A stretch of DNA of 52,861 bases from a virus (lineage: Duplodnaviria; Caudoviricetes): positions 1 through 52,861 of IMG/VR virus record IMGVR_UViG_3300033513_000010; one strand, written 5' to 3'. A model generated the notes under the pieces. The model saw only the letters and a program-made list of their open reading frames with translations. It was not told the origin of the DNA and made no database searches. Positions 19,263 to 28,077 of this stretch are shown here, piece after piece. Both the position numbers and the translations under genes were made by a program. Within the stretch, counting starts at the first letter, position 1. Every line of letters starts with the position of its first letter.

Positions 19263-20836
19263 TAACGCCCCGCTTACGCATTGGCTGGACAAATACCTGC
19301 AACTTCACAGGGCCGTATGACGACGTGTCTGCCGATGTACGCGACATTCGGTTCAAGCATGGGTTCCCGGAGCCTTATTTTTCGCGCATTGCCGCCGCCG
19401 GGGAACTGGAGGTCATTCTCGACAATTCAGAGAATAATCAATGGGGCATTACCAGGTTCTACTCGCCATCCAATACGGCTTCGCCACTTTACCCCTATCT
19501 CATTCCGAATCGCCCGGTAACGCTCGATTTTTACAAGGATGGGGTATGGTACAACAAATGGCAAGGGTGGCTCGCCACGGTGGAGGATTTTCCGGACCCG
19601 CGTATCCAAAAAACCACCATTAGGGCATTCGACTCAATGGAACCGCTCATGCACGGGGCTATCAATATGCCCATCCAGGTGGACATTCGCACGGATGAAT
19701 TGGCCGAAGAAATTTTGAGCCGCGCTGCCATCCCCCGTGCCATCTGTGGCGATTGGGTATTGGGCGTCGCGGGGGCTTCCGAACTTGGCGTCACCACCGT
19801 TCTCGCCGCCCCTGGGACGGGTTGGGCGCTTGATATCGGGGCGGTTACGTTCTCGTATGCTGGTGACTGGCCTGCGGAGGGTATCATGCCCTACGACGCC
19901 CTCCGCGAAACCGTCCGCGCCGAATGGGGGCGGGTTTACGCCAACCCGGTTACCGGTGAATACACGTTCCATAATCAGTCCTGGGAGATTGTAAACAACA
20001 TCCCTGACGCTACCATAACCGACGACGAACTCCTCAGCGCCCGACCGGACAGTTCCAACAAGCGAATAAAAAACAAGGTCACCGTCACAATTACCCCACG
20101 AGCCGTCGGCTCGCCGGGGACAACAATAGCGGCGCTGCAAACCGTCCCTGGGATTGATTCTGGCGAAACCCTCGATTTGGAATTGCCTTACCGCGATGAA
20201 ACGGGGGGCAATCGCATCGGGGCTTTGTCAGTAGACGGCTACACTGTAACGGGCAATACGAAGGCGGATGGAACGGGCGTAGACCGTTCGGTGAATCTCG
20301 TCGTTACGTTCACCGAGGACGCAACGCGAAGCATCGCGCACGTACAGAATACATACAGTAAAACCGTTTACGTGACCGAATTGACCGTGACGGGAACGCC
20401 ACTCCATCGCTACGATGCGGTCGGGGCAACAGCACGAGACGAGGATAGTATCGGGGCGTACTTCGAGCAGGCGCAAGAAGTCATCCTGTATTTGGGAGAT
20501 GATTGCGATTTCGCAATGGCGCTGGCACAAACCCTGCTCTCCCTGTTCAGTTCCCCGGTTGTCCATATTGACGAAATAACCCTCGTCAATTTGAATGACA
20601 CTTGTGAGGATTTGCTGTGCGGTCTCTCCCTCATGTCCCTCATCCGGCTTAATTCAACCCTTCTCGATACCGACGAATCGCTCCGCATCATTCAGGAAGC
20701 CTGTAGCATCACAGACGGGGGCTGCCGCATCGAGACGACCTTTTCACTCGAACGCTCCAATTGGGTGAAGTACTGGATATTAGGCGACCCGGTTTATGGC
20801 CTATTGGGTGTAACGACCATCGTCGGGCCATTCTAA
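19259..20836 (+). CDS. minor tail/baseplate hub protein
   Basis: follows tape measure; DDVSADVRDI, AGELEVILDN, FYSPSNTASP. Confidence 0.75.
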   Translation: MITPRLRIGWTNTCNFTGPYDDVSADVRDIRFKHGFPEPYFSRIAAAGELEVILDNSENNQWGITRFYSPSNTASPLYPYLIPNRPVTLDFYKDGVWYNKWQGWLATVEDFPDPRIQKTTIRAFDSMEPLMHGAINMPIQVDIRTDELAEEILSRAAIPRAICGDWVLGVAGASELGVTTVLAAPGTGWALDIGAVTFSYAGDWPAEGIMPYDALRETVRAEWGRVYANPVTGEYTFHNQSWEIVNNIPDATITDDELLSARPDSSNKRIKNKVTVTITPRAVGSPGTTIAALQTVPGIDSGETLDLELPYRDETGGNRIGALSVDGYTVTGNTKADGTGVDRSVNLVVTFTEDATRSIAHVQNTYSKTVYVTELTVTGTPLHRYDAVGATARDEDSIGAYFEQAQEVILYLGDDCDFAMALAQTLLSLFSSPVVHIDEITLVNLNDTCEDLLCGLSLMSLIRLNSTLLDTDESLRIIQEACSITDGGCRIETTFSLERSNWVKYWILGDPVYGLLGVTTIVGPF

Positions 20837-20853
20837 GTGAGGAATGAGGAAAC

Positions 20854-21300
20854 ATGGTGGACAAAATTTACGAGGCGGCTGACCAGGTTTACGTGCGACG
20901 GGTAGGGGGGTATCGGCGATACGTTCTGGCCTGCACGGAACCGTTTCATCGTGGAAAACCGCTCATCCAATGGAACACGGTGTCTGGGACCGTCCCGGCC
21001 TACATTGTAGGCGGGATGTGGGCGGTTAAATGCCCCCTGCATCTCCAGGATTCTATTCTCTTTGCACAGCCCGGTGAGCCATTCTTCTGCCCACTCTGTT
21101 TGATGGAACGGAACGGCGGGCGGCCAATGGTGGTCGAGTTCCCGGAAGATAGGGCCACGATTGAGGCCATTTTGCTCTTGCGCCCAAACCCGGCAAATCG
21201 GAATTGGCTGCCGGGCGAAACGCTCGCCGACCTGGTGTTGGAAAACGTCGTACACGGTATTCAGCCAACACCGCCATCCATTGAGGAGGTATTAGTATGA
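20854..21300 (+). CDS. hypothetical tail-region protein with Zn-ribbon
   Basis: CPLH...CPLC, RNWLPGETLADL. Confidence 0.65.
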   Translation: MVDKIYEAADQVYVRRVGGYRRYVLACTEPFHRGKPLIQWNTVSGTVPAYIVGGMWAVKCPLHLQDSILFAQPGEPFFCPLCLMERNGGRPMVVEFPEDRATIEAILLLRPNPANRNWLPGETLADLVLENVVHGIQPTPPSIEEVLV

Positions 21301-21884
21301 CCTGGACAGCACCGACCGCGTACCCGACCGGGACGCTCATCACGGCGCTTATTTACAAGAAGGAGATTGTGGACAATCTCCTCGACCTGGACGCCCGCCT
21401 GGATAACATCCCCTATTTCTGTCAGGGCAATGTTACGAATATCAGCAACTCCGCCGCCGAAAACACCCTCTTCACGGCGACCCTGGCGGCAGGCGATCTC
21501 GGAACGAGAAATATACTCCGCACAGAAATGCGCGGGTTTGCCGCCGTTGCGGCAGCCACTACTCACACGTTCCGCCTCAAATTAGGCGTCACAACCCTCG
21601 TCTCGCTGGTAACAGCCGCGATTGGTGTAGAGGCCGCCTATCAATACAACTATGAATGCGCTCTCAAAAACGACGAGGCGACCAACTCCCAAATTGCATT
21701 TGCCCGGCTGTGGTTCTACAGACCCTCAACGATGGCAGTGTTTGAGTATTTTGGCTCCGGGACGGCGGTAGAAGATACCCTGACAGACAAGGCGTTTACT
21801 ATCACCGACCAAATGAGCGTTGCCAATGCAGGCAATACCGTCTCGATGGAAGGGACGTGGACGTGGCTGCTGGAGGATAAATAA
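21297..21884 (+). CDS. putative tail fibre/minor tail protein
   Basis: MTWTAPT...ITA...IVDNL N-terminus typical of distal tail proteins; beta-rich. Confidence 0.6.
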   Translation: MTWTAPTAYPTGTLITALIYKKEIVDNLLDLDARLDNIPYFCQGNVTNISNSAAENTLFTATLAAGDLGTRNILRTEMRGFAAVAAATTHTFRLKLGVTTLVSLVTAAIGVEAAYQYNYECALKNDEATNSQIAFARLWFYRPSTMAVFEYFGSGTAVEDTLTDKAFTITDQMSVANAGNTVSMEGTWTWLLEDK

Positions 21885-22243
21885 TGGCAGAAGTCTCGGC
21901 ATTTACAATATACAATTTCCCCACCCCCGCTCAGGGCGTGAATTGGGAACGGCTGCGCCAGGATGCCTTCGTGCAATGGGGGACGGCCCTTTTTGGCGTG
22001 CATGAGTGTGATAGCGGGGATACCGTTCAATTCGCATTCTACGCCAAGTATTCCATCCCCTACAGCGCGGTGGAATCTTTTTTAAGTGGACACGAGCCGA
22101 CCCAAACAACCCCCGAACAAGACGCCGCTCAGGTCACCCAGGCTGCGAGGGAGTTTCTTGCGGGGGTGGATACCTCGCAGCCCGTAGACGCAACCCCGGA
22201 ACTTATGCAAGCCATCGTGATACTGCTCAGGGAGAGAATATGA
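21884..22243 (+). CDS. hypothetical protein
   Basis: TAATG coupling; GGAGGA RBS. Confidence 0.65.
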   Translation: MAEVSAFTIYNFPTPAQGVNWERLRQDAFVQWGTALFGVHECDSGDTVQFAFYAKYSIPYSAVESFLSGHEPTQTTPEQDAAQVTQAAREFLAGVDTSQPVDATPELMQAIVILLRERI

Positions 22244-23886
22244 CGGCTAAAAAACGGGCAACCCTGACCGGACTGGATGAACTTGCTAGATTGAAGTTCC
22301 AGGTCATCGAGGATGGGCAAACCCGCCTCGAAGAACAGATGGGAGATTTCCGCACTACACTGGAGCGGCGAATGGAAAAAATAGAAGCCCAACTCACTGG
22401 GCAAGACACGCGAATTGATAAACACGTAACCCATATAGGGGCTGATAAAGTGCGCTGGTCAATCACGGCAGGGATTGGTACGGCGGCGCTTGGCGGGCTT
22501 GTCACGCTGCTGGTTATCCTCTTGACCAGTTGCACTGGCGGGGAAATCCCGGAATGGCCCTTCCCGACGGAAACTCCTACCGAAATAGTCACCGTTTCGC
22601 CAATAGAAACCCCTACCGAAATGGTCACCGTTTTGCCATCGGTATCGCCATCCCCGACGGAAATTCCTACCGAGACGGCTACTGCCTTGCCATCGCCATC
22701 AGCCTTGCCTTCTCTCACGGCAACGCCCCTTCCCTCGCCGACCGTTACCCCGATTACCACTACCCCGACCGCTATCCCGGTGATTGAGATTATCGAACTC
22801 TCGTTCGTAAATCCAGGTTTTGAGGGGCTGTATCACAATCGCATCATTGGCGAGCAATCCTACAACACCATGCAGATGGCGGATGGTTGGGAGCCAATCG
22901 CGTGCGATGAGCCATTTGTCGTGGGGGGCTGTCCGGCGCCAATGCCATGCCCGGCAGGGCAAACGACGAGCTGCAACCCTGCCGGGGCGCGGATGGGCTT
23001 GCCGGAATGGAAACCAGCCATTGGCCAATACTACCCTACGCGCGTTTACGCTGGCGAGCGAGCGCAGCAGTGGTTCTGCTACTCGCGCACTTGTCTCGCG
23101 GGAATTTACCAGACCGTCATTGTGCCACCGGGCTATGACCACTGTACAGTCGGGGCGCGGGTGCAATCCTGGAGCCAGAACGCCGCGACCGTTTACACGT
23201 CCCAACTGGCGACCGCCGACGACCGACAGAATAGCAGTTGGCGCATCCTGGTAGACTATTCCGGGGGGGCCAACCCATTCGCGCCAGGTACACTGGCAAG
23301 TCGGGAGTTCGGCTATTCCGACTGGATATATGATCAATGGGCCAGCATCGAGTTCAGCTTTGACGTTGGGCGGGCGGGCGGCCCACATACCATCTTTTTC
23401 ATGGACAGGCGGCTCTGGCCTCTGACACACAACGACAGCTACATTGACAACGTATGGGGGCTGTGCGAGCGCAGTGTCGGGCCAACCCCAACCCCATTGC
23501 CACCCGGTGAGCCGTCGCCAACCCCCATTTCTGGAAGCGTATGGGATAGTCCAATGGGGACGTGGTGCGCTCAGACAGAAACCAATATCCGACGAGGGCC
23601 GGGGGCGGAATTTGGCCGCCGCGTGGATGCGTCCGGGAATTACGAAACCATCGCCGCCGGGGAGTGCATCACAATCTACGATATTCAAGGGCGTACTCGC
23701 ACGACCAGCGACCCGGCGCTGTGGCTTAATTGTACAGGCTGCGATATATGGGGAAGTGACCATCCCTATGAGGCGCGGTATTTCGCCCTCCGGTGGGGCG
23801 GGGCGTGCTTCGGGACATTCTACTCTCATGGGATGGCCTCCGGCGATTTCGCGGCGTGCATGGATAACGAGGGTTTTGACGAGTGA
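22240..23886 (+). CDS. membrane-anchored surface protein (coiled coil, TM/lipobox, Pro/Thr linker, Cys-rich extracellular and SH3-like domains)
   Basis: TM ending LLTSC; TETPT repeats; NPGFEG...GW...PEW...AQQWF...GIYQTV; TNIRRGPG. Confidence 0.7.
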   Translation: MTAKKRATLTGLDELARLKFQVIEDGQTRLEEQMGDFRTTLERRMEKIEAQLTGQDTRIDKHVTHIGADKVRWSITAGIGTAALGGLVTLLVILLTSCTGGEIPEWPFPTETPTEIVTVSPIETPTEMVTVLPSVSPSPTEIPTETATALPSPSALPSLTATPLPSPTVTPITTTPTAIPVIEIIELSFVNPGFEGLYHNRIIGEQSYNTMQMADGWEPIACDEPFVVGGCPAPMPCPAGQTTSCNPAGARMGLPEWKPAIGQYYPTRVYAGERAQQWFCYSRTCLAGIYQTVIVPPGYDHCTVGARVQSWSQNAATVYTSQLATADDRQNSSWRILVDYSGGANPFAPGTLASREFGYSDWIYDQWASIEFSFDVGRAGGPHTIFFMDRRLWPLTHNDSYIDNVWGLCERSVGPTPTPLPPGEPSPTPISGSVWDSPMGTWCAQTETNIRRGPGAEFGRRVDASGNYETIAAGECITIYDIQGRTRTTSDPALWLNCTGCDIWGSDHPYEARYFALRWGGACFGTFYSHGMASGDFAACMDNEGFDE

Positions 23887-23948
23887 TTTCCAGGGAAAAC
23901 CCCTGAAATCGGAACCGCCACAGGCGGATGAGTTAGCTCATAGGAGGA

Positions 23949-24389
23949 ATGAAAATGAGCGAGTTTGTGCAGCTTTTGGAACGGCTGGTCGGAACGGCTC
24001 CAGACTATTTCCTGGGGGTGCTGTTACTCATAGTCAGCCAGTTCCCTGTCCCGCAGGCGCTTGGGCAGTTGGTCAGTTATCTGGTAGACGTGCTCAAGCT
24101 GCCGGGTATCGTCAAGGATGGTGACGCGGCGAAGTGGAACTTTTTCCTATCATTCGCGGCGGCCCTTATCGTTGGCTGGTTTATCCGGGCGGGCGTTCCG
24201 GCGTTACAGACTGACAATGCCGTGACAATCATCACGGAGGTCTTGGCTATCATTCTGGCAATCAGCAGGACGAGTCAGTTGGCGCGGGAGGCGTTCGTGC
24301 AACGGAAGCAGGCCGGGCTGGCATACAGCCTGACGGCACAGCGTAAACAGTTGGTACGGGAGGCTCAGGCGAGGAAACAGAAGGGCTGA
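23949..24389 (+). CDS. holin-like membrane protein
   Basis: about three hydrophobic segments, basic C-terminus, MKM dual-start-like N-terminus. Confidence 0.55.
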   Translation: MKMSEFVQLLERLVGTAPDYFLGVLLLIVSQFPVPQALGQLVSYLVDVLKLPGIVKDGDAAKWNFFLSFAAALIVGWFIRAGVPALQTDNAVTIITEVLAIILAISRTSQLAREAFVQRKQAGLAYSLTAQRKQLVREAQARKQKG

Positions 24390-24390
24390 T

Positions 24391-25536
24391 ATGCCCAAAC
24401 AGAAATGGAGCGCCCGCGAGGAAGAACTGCTACGGCAGTTGGTTCTCGCGGGCCATTCTTTGAGTGCGATTACCGCGCGGCTGGCGGAGGAATTTCCGTC
24501 GCGTTCGGTATCCTCGGTACGCGGGAAGGTTTGGGATATGCGACAGTGTGGGAAACTCCCCGCCGCTACCGAGGAGGTGGATTCCGATTCCCACCCCACA
24601 CCCCTGTTTCTAAATTATATGGACGCCCGCCCGCTTGATGCGGAAGATATTGACCGCATCGTAGATGCCGTCACGGTGACGCAAGACGCGCAAAATAAGA
24701 CCGACCCGGTTATCCTCTCGGCTGATGTTGCGCTCCAAGCCGACCTCCCGGTCGCGCTGCTTTGCGCCTCGTGTGCCCACCTGGGGGGGCGCTGGACGTT
24801 TCACAAGGCCTGGCGGGCGGTTATTGAGGCGCTATTTGCTATCCCGCGTCTTTACATGCTCTCTCTCGGAGATGATATTGAGGGCTTCCTACCGGGGCGC
24901 ATGGCAGCAGACGCCGTCCTGGAGCAATCCCTTCCCGTCCGGCTCCAGCGTAAAATGTTGGGCTACTATATCGAGGAACTTGTCAGGCGTGGGAAACTGG
25001 TCGGCGGGGCGGGCAGTCAGCATGGCTCACGCTGGATGCGGGCATTGGTTGGCGATGACCCTGTAAAGGAACTCTACACGTCGCATCATATCCCATTCTT
25101 TGATGGGAAGGGGTTGCTTCGCGTTTCTGTCGGCGACCAAACATATCGCATTCTCTGCGGGCATCGTTTCCCAGGCTCCAGTATTTACAATCCCCTCCAT
25201 GCTCAGGGCCGCGCCCATCGCCACGACCTGCCGAGCGCCGATGTCGTCGTGCAAGGGGATAAGCACTGCTACGGCATCTCCGAAGTAGAAGTTACCAATT
25301 TCGCCTTTGAAGTCGGCGAGCGCCCGACCGATACCATCTGGCTCGTGCAGGTTGGGACGGCGAAGGCGGGGCTGGATAAATTCACAATCGAGAACTGGTC
25401 GCCAGGGAAGTTCATCTGGCCTGTAGTCGTTCTTTGGCCCGACCGCCATCAGGTCAAGGTGACGCGGCATTTGAGCGATGTTTGTAGCTGGCTCCAGGTC
25501 AGTTGCGAGCTTGACATCCCGGCACAATTCTGGTAG
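24391..25536 (+). CDS. HTH plus metallophosphoesterase-like protein
   Basis: N-terminal WSAREEELL HTH; AHLGG, LGDDIEG, SQH, GH, GDKH calcineurin-like motifs (partly degenerate). Confidence 0.65.
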   Translation: MPKQKWSAREEELLRQLVLAGHSLSAITARLAEEFPSRSVSSVRGKVWDMRQCGKLPAATEEVDSDSHPTPLFLNYMDARPLDAEDIDRIVDAVTVTQDAQNKTDPVILSADVALQADLPVALLCASCAHLGGRWTFHKAWRAVIEALFAIPRLYMLSLGDDIEGFLPGRMAADAVLEQSLPVRLQRKMLGYYIEELVRRGKLVGGAGSQHGSRWMRALVGDDPVKELYTSHHIPFFDGKGLLRVSVGDQTYRILCGHRFPGSSIYNPLHAQGRAHRHDLPSADVVVQGDKHCYGISEVEVTNFAFEVGERPTDTIWLVQVGTAKAGLDKFTIENWSPGKFIWPVVVLWPDRHQVKVTRHLSDVCSWLQVSCELDIPAQFW

Positions 25537-25539
25537 AAT
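25511..25539 (+). promoter_or_regulatory. sigma70 promoter for small RNA
   Basis: TTGACA-N17-TAGAAT with extended TG; no ORF before the terminator. Confidence 0.75.
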
Positions 25540-25544
25540 AAGAG

Positions 25545-25620
25545 TGCATAGAAGATGCTCCTTTTTCTCCTTTGGTTTACGGCGACCGCCCGGTAGTCCT
25601 ACACCGGGCGGTTCCGTTTT
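25545..25620 (+). ncRNA. putative antisense antitoxin sRNA (~75 nt)
   Basis: promoter upstream; CTCCTTTT and CTCCTTT anti-SD motifs; terminator hairpin plus TTTT. Confidence 0.55.
25585..25620. terminator. terminator between convergent transcripts
   Basis: ACCGCCCGGT / ACCGGGCGGT stem followed by T-tract on +. Confidence 0.75.
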
Positions 25621-25720
25621 AGCGCCTATACCGAATTGTGATGTAGAGCAGGGCGATGAGGCCGCCGATGATGAGAGCAAGTCCAATTGCCGCCATCCCA
25701 TCCACTAGTTGCTGAGACAT
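25619..25720 (-). CDS. 33-aa hydrophobic peptide, type I toxin-like
   Basis: MSQQLVDGMAAIGLALIIGGLIALLYITIRYRR; AAAAGGAGG RBS. Confidence 0.7.
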   Translation of the reverse strand: MSQQLVDGMAAIGLALIIGGLIALLYITIRYRR

Positions 25721-25739
25721 GTACTACCTCCTTTTAGAA

Positions 25740-26114
25740 TTAAAACTTTCCCCGGCCCTCCTGTACCACATTCTGAGCAAAGAAGGCCAGCATCTCCGGG
25801 TCTAACCCCGCCGCGTCAGCCGCCGCCTTCAGGGCGTCGGTGGGGGCTACCCCGTGTTTAGCGAGTTCCGCGATGAGCAGGCCCATGACCCGGATGTAGG
25901 CATCCGCCATGCGCTCCATCGTCGCCAGCGCGTCGGCGGCGGCGGGTTGCGGTTGGGCGGGGGGTGGGGCGGGTCTTACACGTCCTGTATGCAAGGCGGC
26001 TTGCTCCACGCATTGAGCCAGGTACTTCGAGATATTAACCCCATCTGCCTTCAGCGCCTCCAGATGGCGAGCGATTGGCCCGCCATCTGGCACACGCAGC
26101 GTGTATACAGGCAT
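25740..26114 (-). CDS. ParR-like ribbon-helix-helix adaptor
   Basis: TAATG coupling to parM; N-terminal strand PVYTLRV then two helices (NISKYLAQCVEQA). Confidence 0.65.
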   Translation of the reverse strand: MPVYTLRVPDGGPIARHLEALKADGVNISKYLAQCVEQAALHTGRVRPAPPPAQPQPAAADALATMERMADAYIRVMGLLIAELAKHGVAPTDALKAAADAAGLDPEMLAFFAQNVVQEGRGKF

Positions 26115-27154
26115 TACATCCATCCTTGTCTGCGGTAAAGCCGCGCCAGTTTCAGCAGCCCCCGGCAGTTCGCCATGTGGATATGGGTCAAGTCCGGGTC
26201 AGCGTTCTGCACGCGATAGTGCTCCCATACGGCTACCAGCCGCTCTCCGAGGGCCGCCGGGCCACCGCCTGTCTGCAAAACCGTCTCCCAATTGGCAGGG
26301 CCGCCTGCGATGTAATGGTAGGCGTCCCTTAAATCACGCAGGAAGGGTGCGCTTGCCTCGACGGCCTGCGCTTCCACGTCCAGCGATTGCCCTGCACATG
26401 GCATTCGCCCGGTCTGCAACCCCTCTCGCAGAAACTCTGGCAGGATGTCGTGGCCTGAGCGGAAAGCGTCTCGGTAGCGCGTTCGCACCAAGTCGTGAAA
26501 GCGGGCCAAAACCTTGCTCATACCGGAGGTGATGCTATCCCGGACTGAGTAGTCCGGCTTACCCCCAACGCCGACCGCACAGAAGTCGGACGTTCCAAAA
26601 CCAATATCCACGACCAGCGTTCGCCCCTTCAGCAAGTCGGCGTCCGCGTATTGCCCGCCGTCGTCGCTGAAAACCACGTTGGCCCATCCGCCAAGCGGCT
26701 CATCAATGGCGTTAATGCCCGTCAGGTGGTAGGTATGCAGCGTGCCCATCATCTCGACCCGGAACGTTCCCGGCTGGTCATAGAGCGCCAGAATGTCGTC
26801 CCGGTACATGCTGTCGCGGGGCGGAAAGCTCGCCATAATCCCCGCCTCGGTATCCGTATCGCCGATAGCATGGACAAGTGCAATCGCCATCAGCACGCCG
26901 TAGTATTCAGGGCCGTAACGGTCAGCCCCCATACGCTTGGCGACTGAGCCGATGCCTTCGGCGGTTTCGCCGAAGGCATAGGGGCGGTCGTTCACCCGGA
27001 GCACTTCGCTTACCCCGTGCCCCGTCCCGCGCTCACAGAAACGGCGGTAGTCTGCCTCTTCCAGACTGACCAGGGCGTGTGGGAATGCAATCTCAATTCC
27101 CGCATCCGTTCGCGCCTTGCACATTCCCTGTCCTAAATCCATCCCCAAAAGCAT
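26114..27154 (-). CDS. parM: ParM/StbA-family actin-like partition ATPase
   Basis: LGMDLGQGMCK, IDEP, VVDIGFGTSD, TGGG actin-fold motifs; GGGAGGA RBS at ATG 27154. Confidence 0.88.
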   Translation of the reverse strand: MLLGMDLGQGMCKARTDAGIEIAFPHALVSLEEADYRRFCERGTGHGVSEVLRVNDRPYAFGETAEGIGSVAKRMGADRYGPEYYGVLMAIALVHAIGDTDTEAGIMASFPPRDSMYRDDILALYDQPGTFRVEMMGTLHTYHLTGINAIDEPLGGWANVVFSDDGGQYADADLLKGRTLVVDIGFGTSDFCAVGVGGKPDYSVRDSITSGMSKVLARFHDLVRTRYRDAFRSGHDILPEFLREGLQTGRMPCAGQSLDVEAQAVEASAPFLRDLRDAYHYIAGGPANWETVLQTGGGPAALGERLVAVWEHYRVQNADPDLTHIHMANCRGLLKLARLYRRQGWM

Positions 27155-27196
27155 GTCGTTCCTCCCTGAAGTGTTTTGATATCGAATTGAACCGCC

Positions 27197-27256
27197 TGTA
27201 CACAGTGTATACAATGCTGTATACATCAGTATACATGCTCAGGCGGACTTTGTACA
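27197..27256. repeat. parC-like centromere/operator repeats
   Basis: five TGTACA/(T/A)GTATACA palindromes directly upstream of parM. Confidence 0.7.
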
Positions 27257-27550
27257 GATTACAAACGCTTTGAAAGTGCCAACCGCGCAATTGAGCATTT
27301 GAAGGCCAGCACAATCAGGCGGCCCTGTGACAATTATCCCAATAGGCGTTCGGCTTGCGAATACCTTATCTACCCGGAAACCCTCGCCGTCTGGATATCC
27401 GATATCGGTATCGAACGGCGGTTCATATCCAGGCAGGGTGAGTGTGACGCGCCGGGCGGCCTCATTTGCGGTTACGATTACCTCGCCATACCCGGCTTGT
27501 CGCAATGCGCTTCGAATCATATAAACCATCGCCCGCTCACTGTTATTCAT
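27239..27550 (-). CDS. hypothetical protein
   Basis: AGGAGG RBS; overlaps RuvC-like stop. Confidence 0.55.
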   Translation of the reverse strand: MNNSERAMVYMIRSALRQAGYGEVIVTANEAARRVTLTLPGYEPPFDTDIGYPDGEGFRVDKVFASRTPIGIIVTGPPDCAGLQMLNCAVGTFKAFVICTKSA

Positions 27551-28076
27551 CGCCCGCCTCCTGAAGCGCCATGATGATGTCCATTTGGCGCATTCCAAGC
27601 GCCGCCTGGTAAATTGCCCAGGCATCGTACTCATGCTGCGTTTTACCAGTAAAGCCGCTCCGGTCGGCTGCAATGCGAATGCCCCGCTTCCGGTCGCCAA
27701 AGATTGACAACGCACTGTCAATCTCCGTAGTCGTTAGCACGTAAACATCCATGCTCCGAATGACGAACGCCGGGGCTTTGGCTGCGCCAATCAGTTGGCA
27801 CAGCTCGCAGTATGTTCGGGGGTTGCGGTCTAGGTGACTTCCCTCCAGGGCGACAACCCCTTTTGGGCCATTCGATGGGGTATGCTGCTCCCCTTGAAAG
27901 CGGATAGCCCGCGCGACGGCGACAATCATCTCATCCACGTCCTTACAACGGATTGTCTTTGCGAATAGAACGCGCTCTCCGAGAGCGGCTACAAATCCCG
28001 TCTCTGTCTGGCCTAAGTCAAAGACCAGAAAGAGCGTTTCGGACAAGAGCCTTTGCACTTCCATATTGTCCACCAT
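27543..28076 (-). CDS. RuvC-like Holliday junction resolvase
   Basis: VFDLGQTETG, VALEG, EYDAWAI acidic motifs; follows helicase. Confidence 0.7.
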   Translation of the reverse strand: MVDNMEVQRLLSETLFLVFDLGQTETGFVAALGERVLFAKTIRCKDVDEMIVAVARAIRFQGEQHTPSNGPKGVVALEGSHLDRNPRTYCELCQLIGAAKAPAFVIRSMDVYVLTTTEIDSALSIFGDRKRGIRIAADRSGFTGKTQHEYDAWAIYQAALGMRQMDIIMALQEAGDE

Positions 28077-28077
28077 G

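Noticed and set aside
22560-22790. Short tandem DNA repeats
   Set aside because: They encode the Pro/Thr linker of the surface protein.
22699-23829. Long antisense ORFs (also 7358-8260, 28588-29472, 35998-36801, 48492-49202)
   Set aside because: Shadow frames of well-supported genes in GC-rich DNA, with no RBS or motifs.
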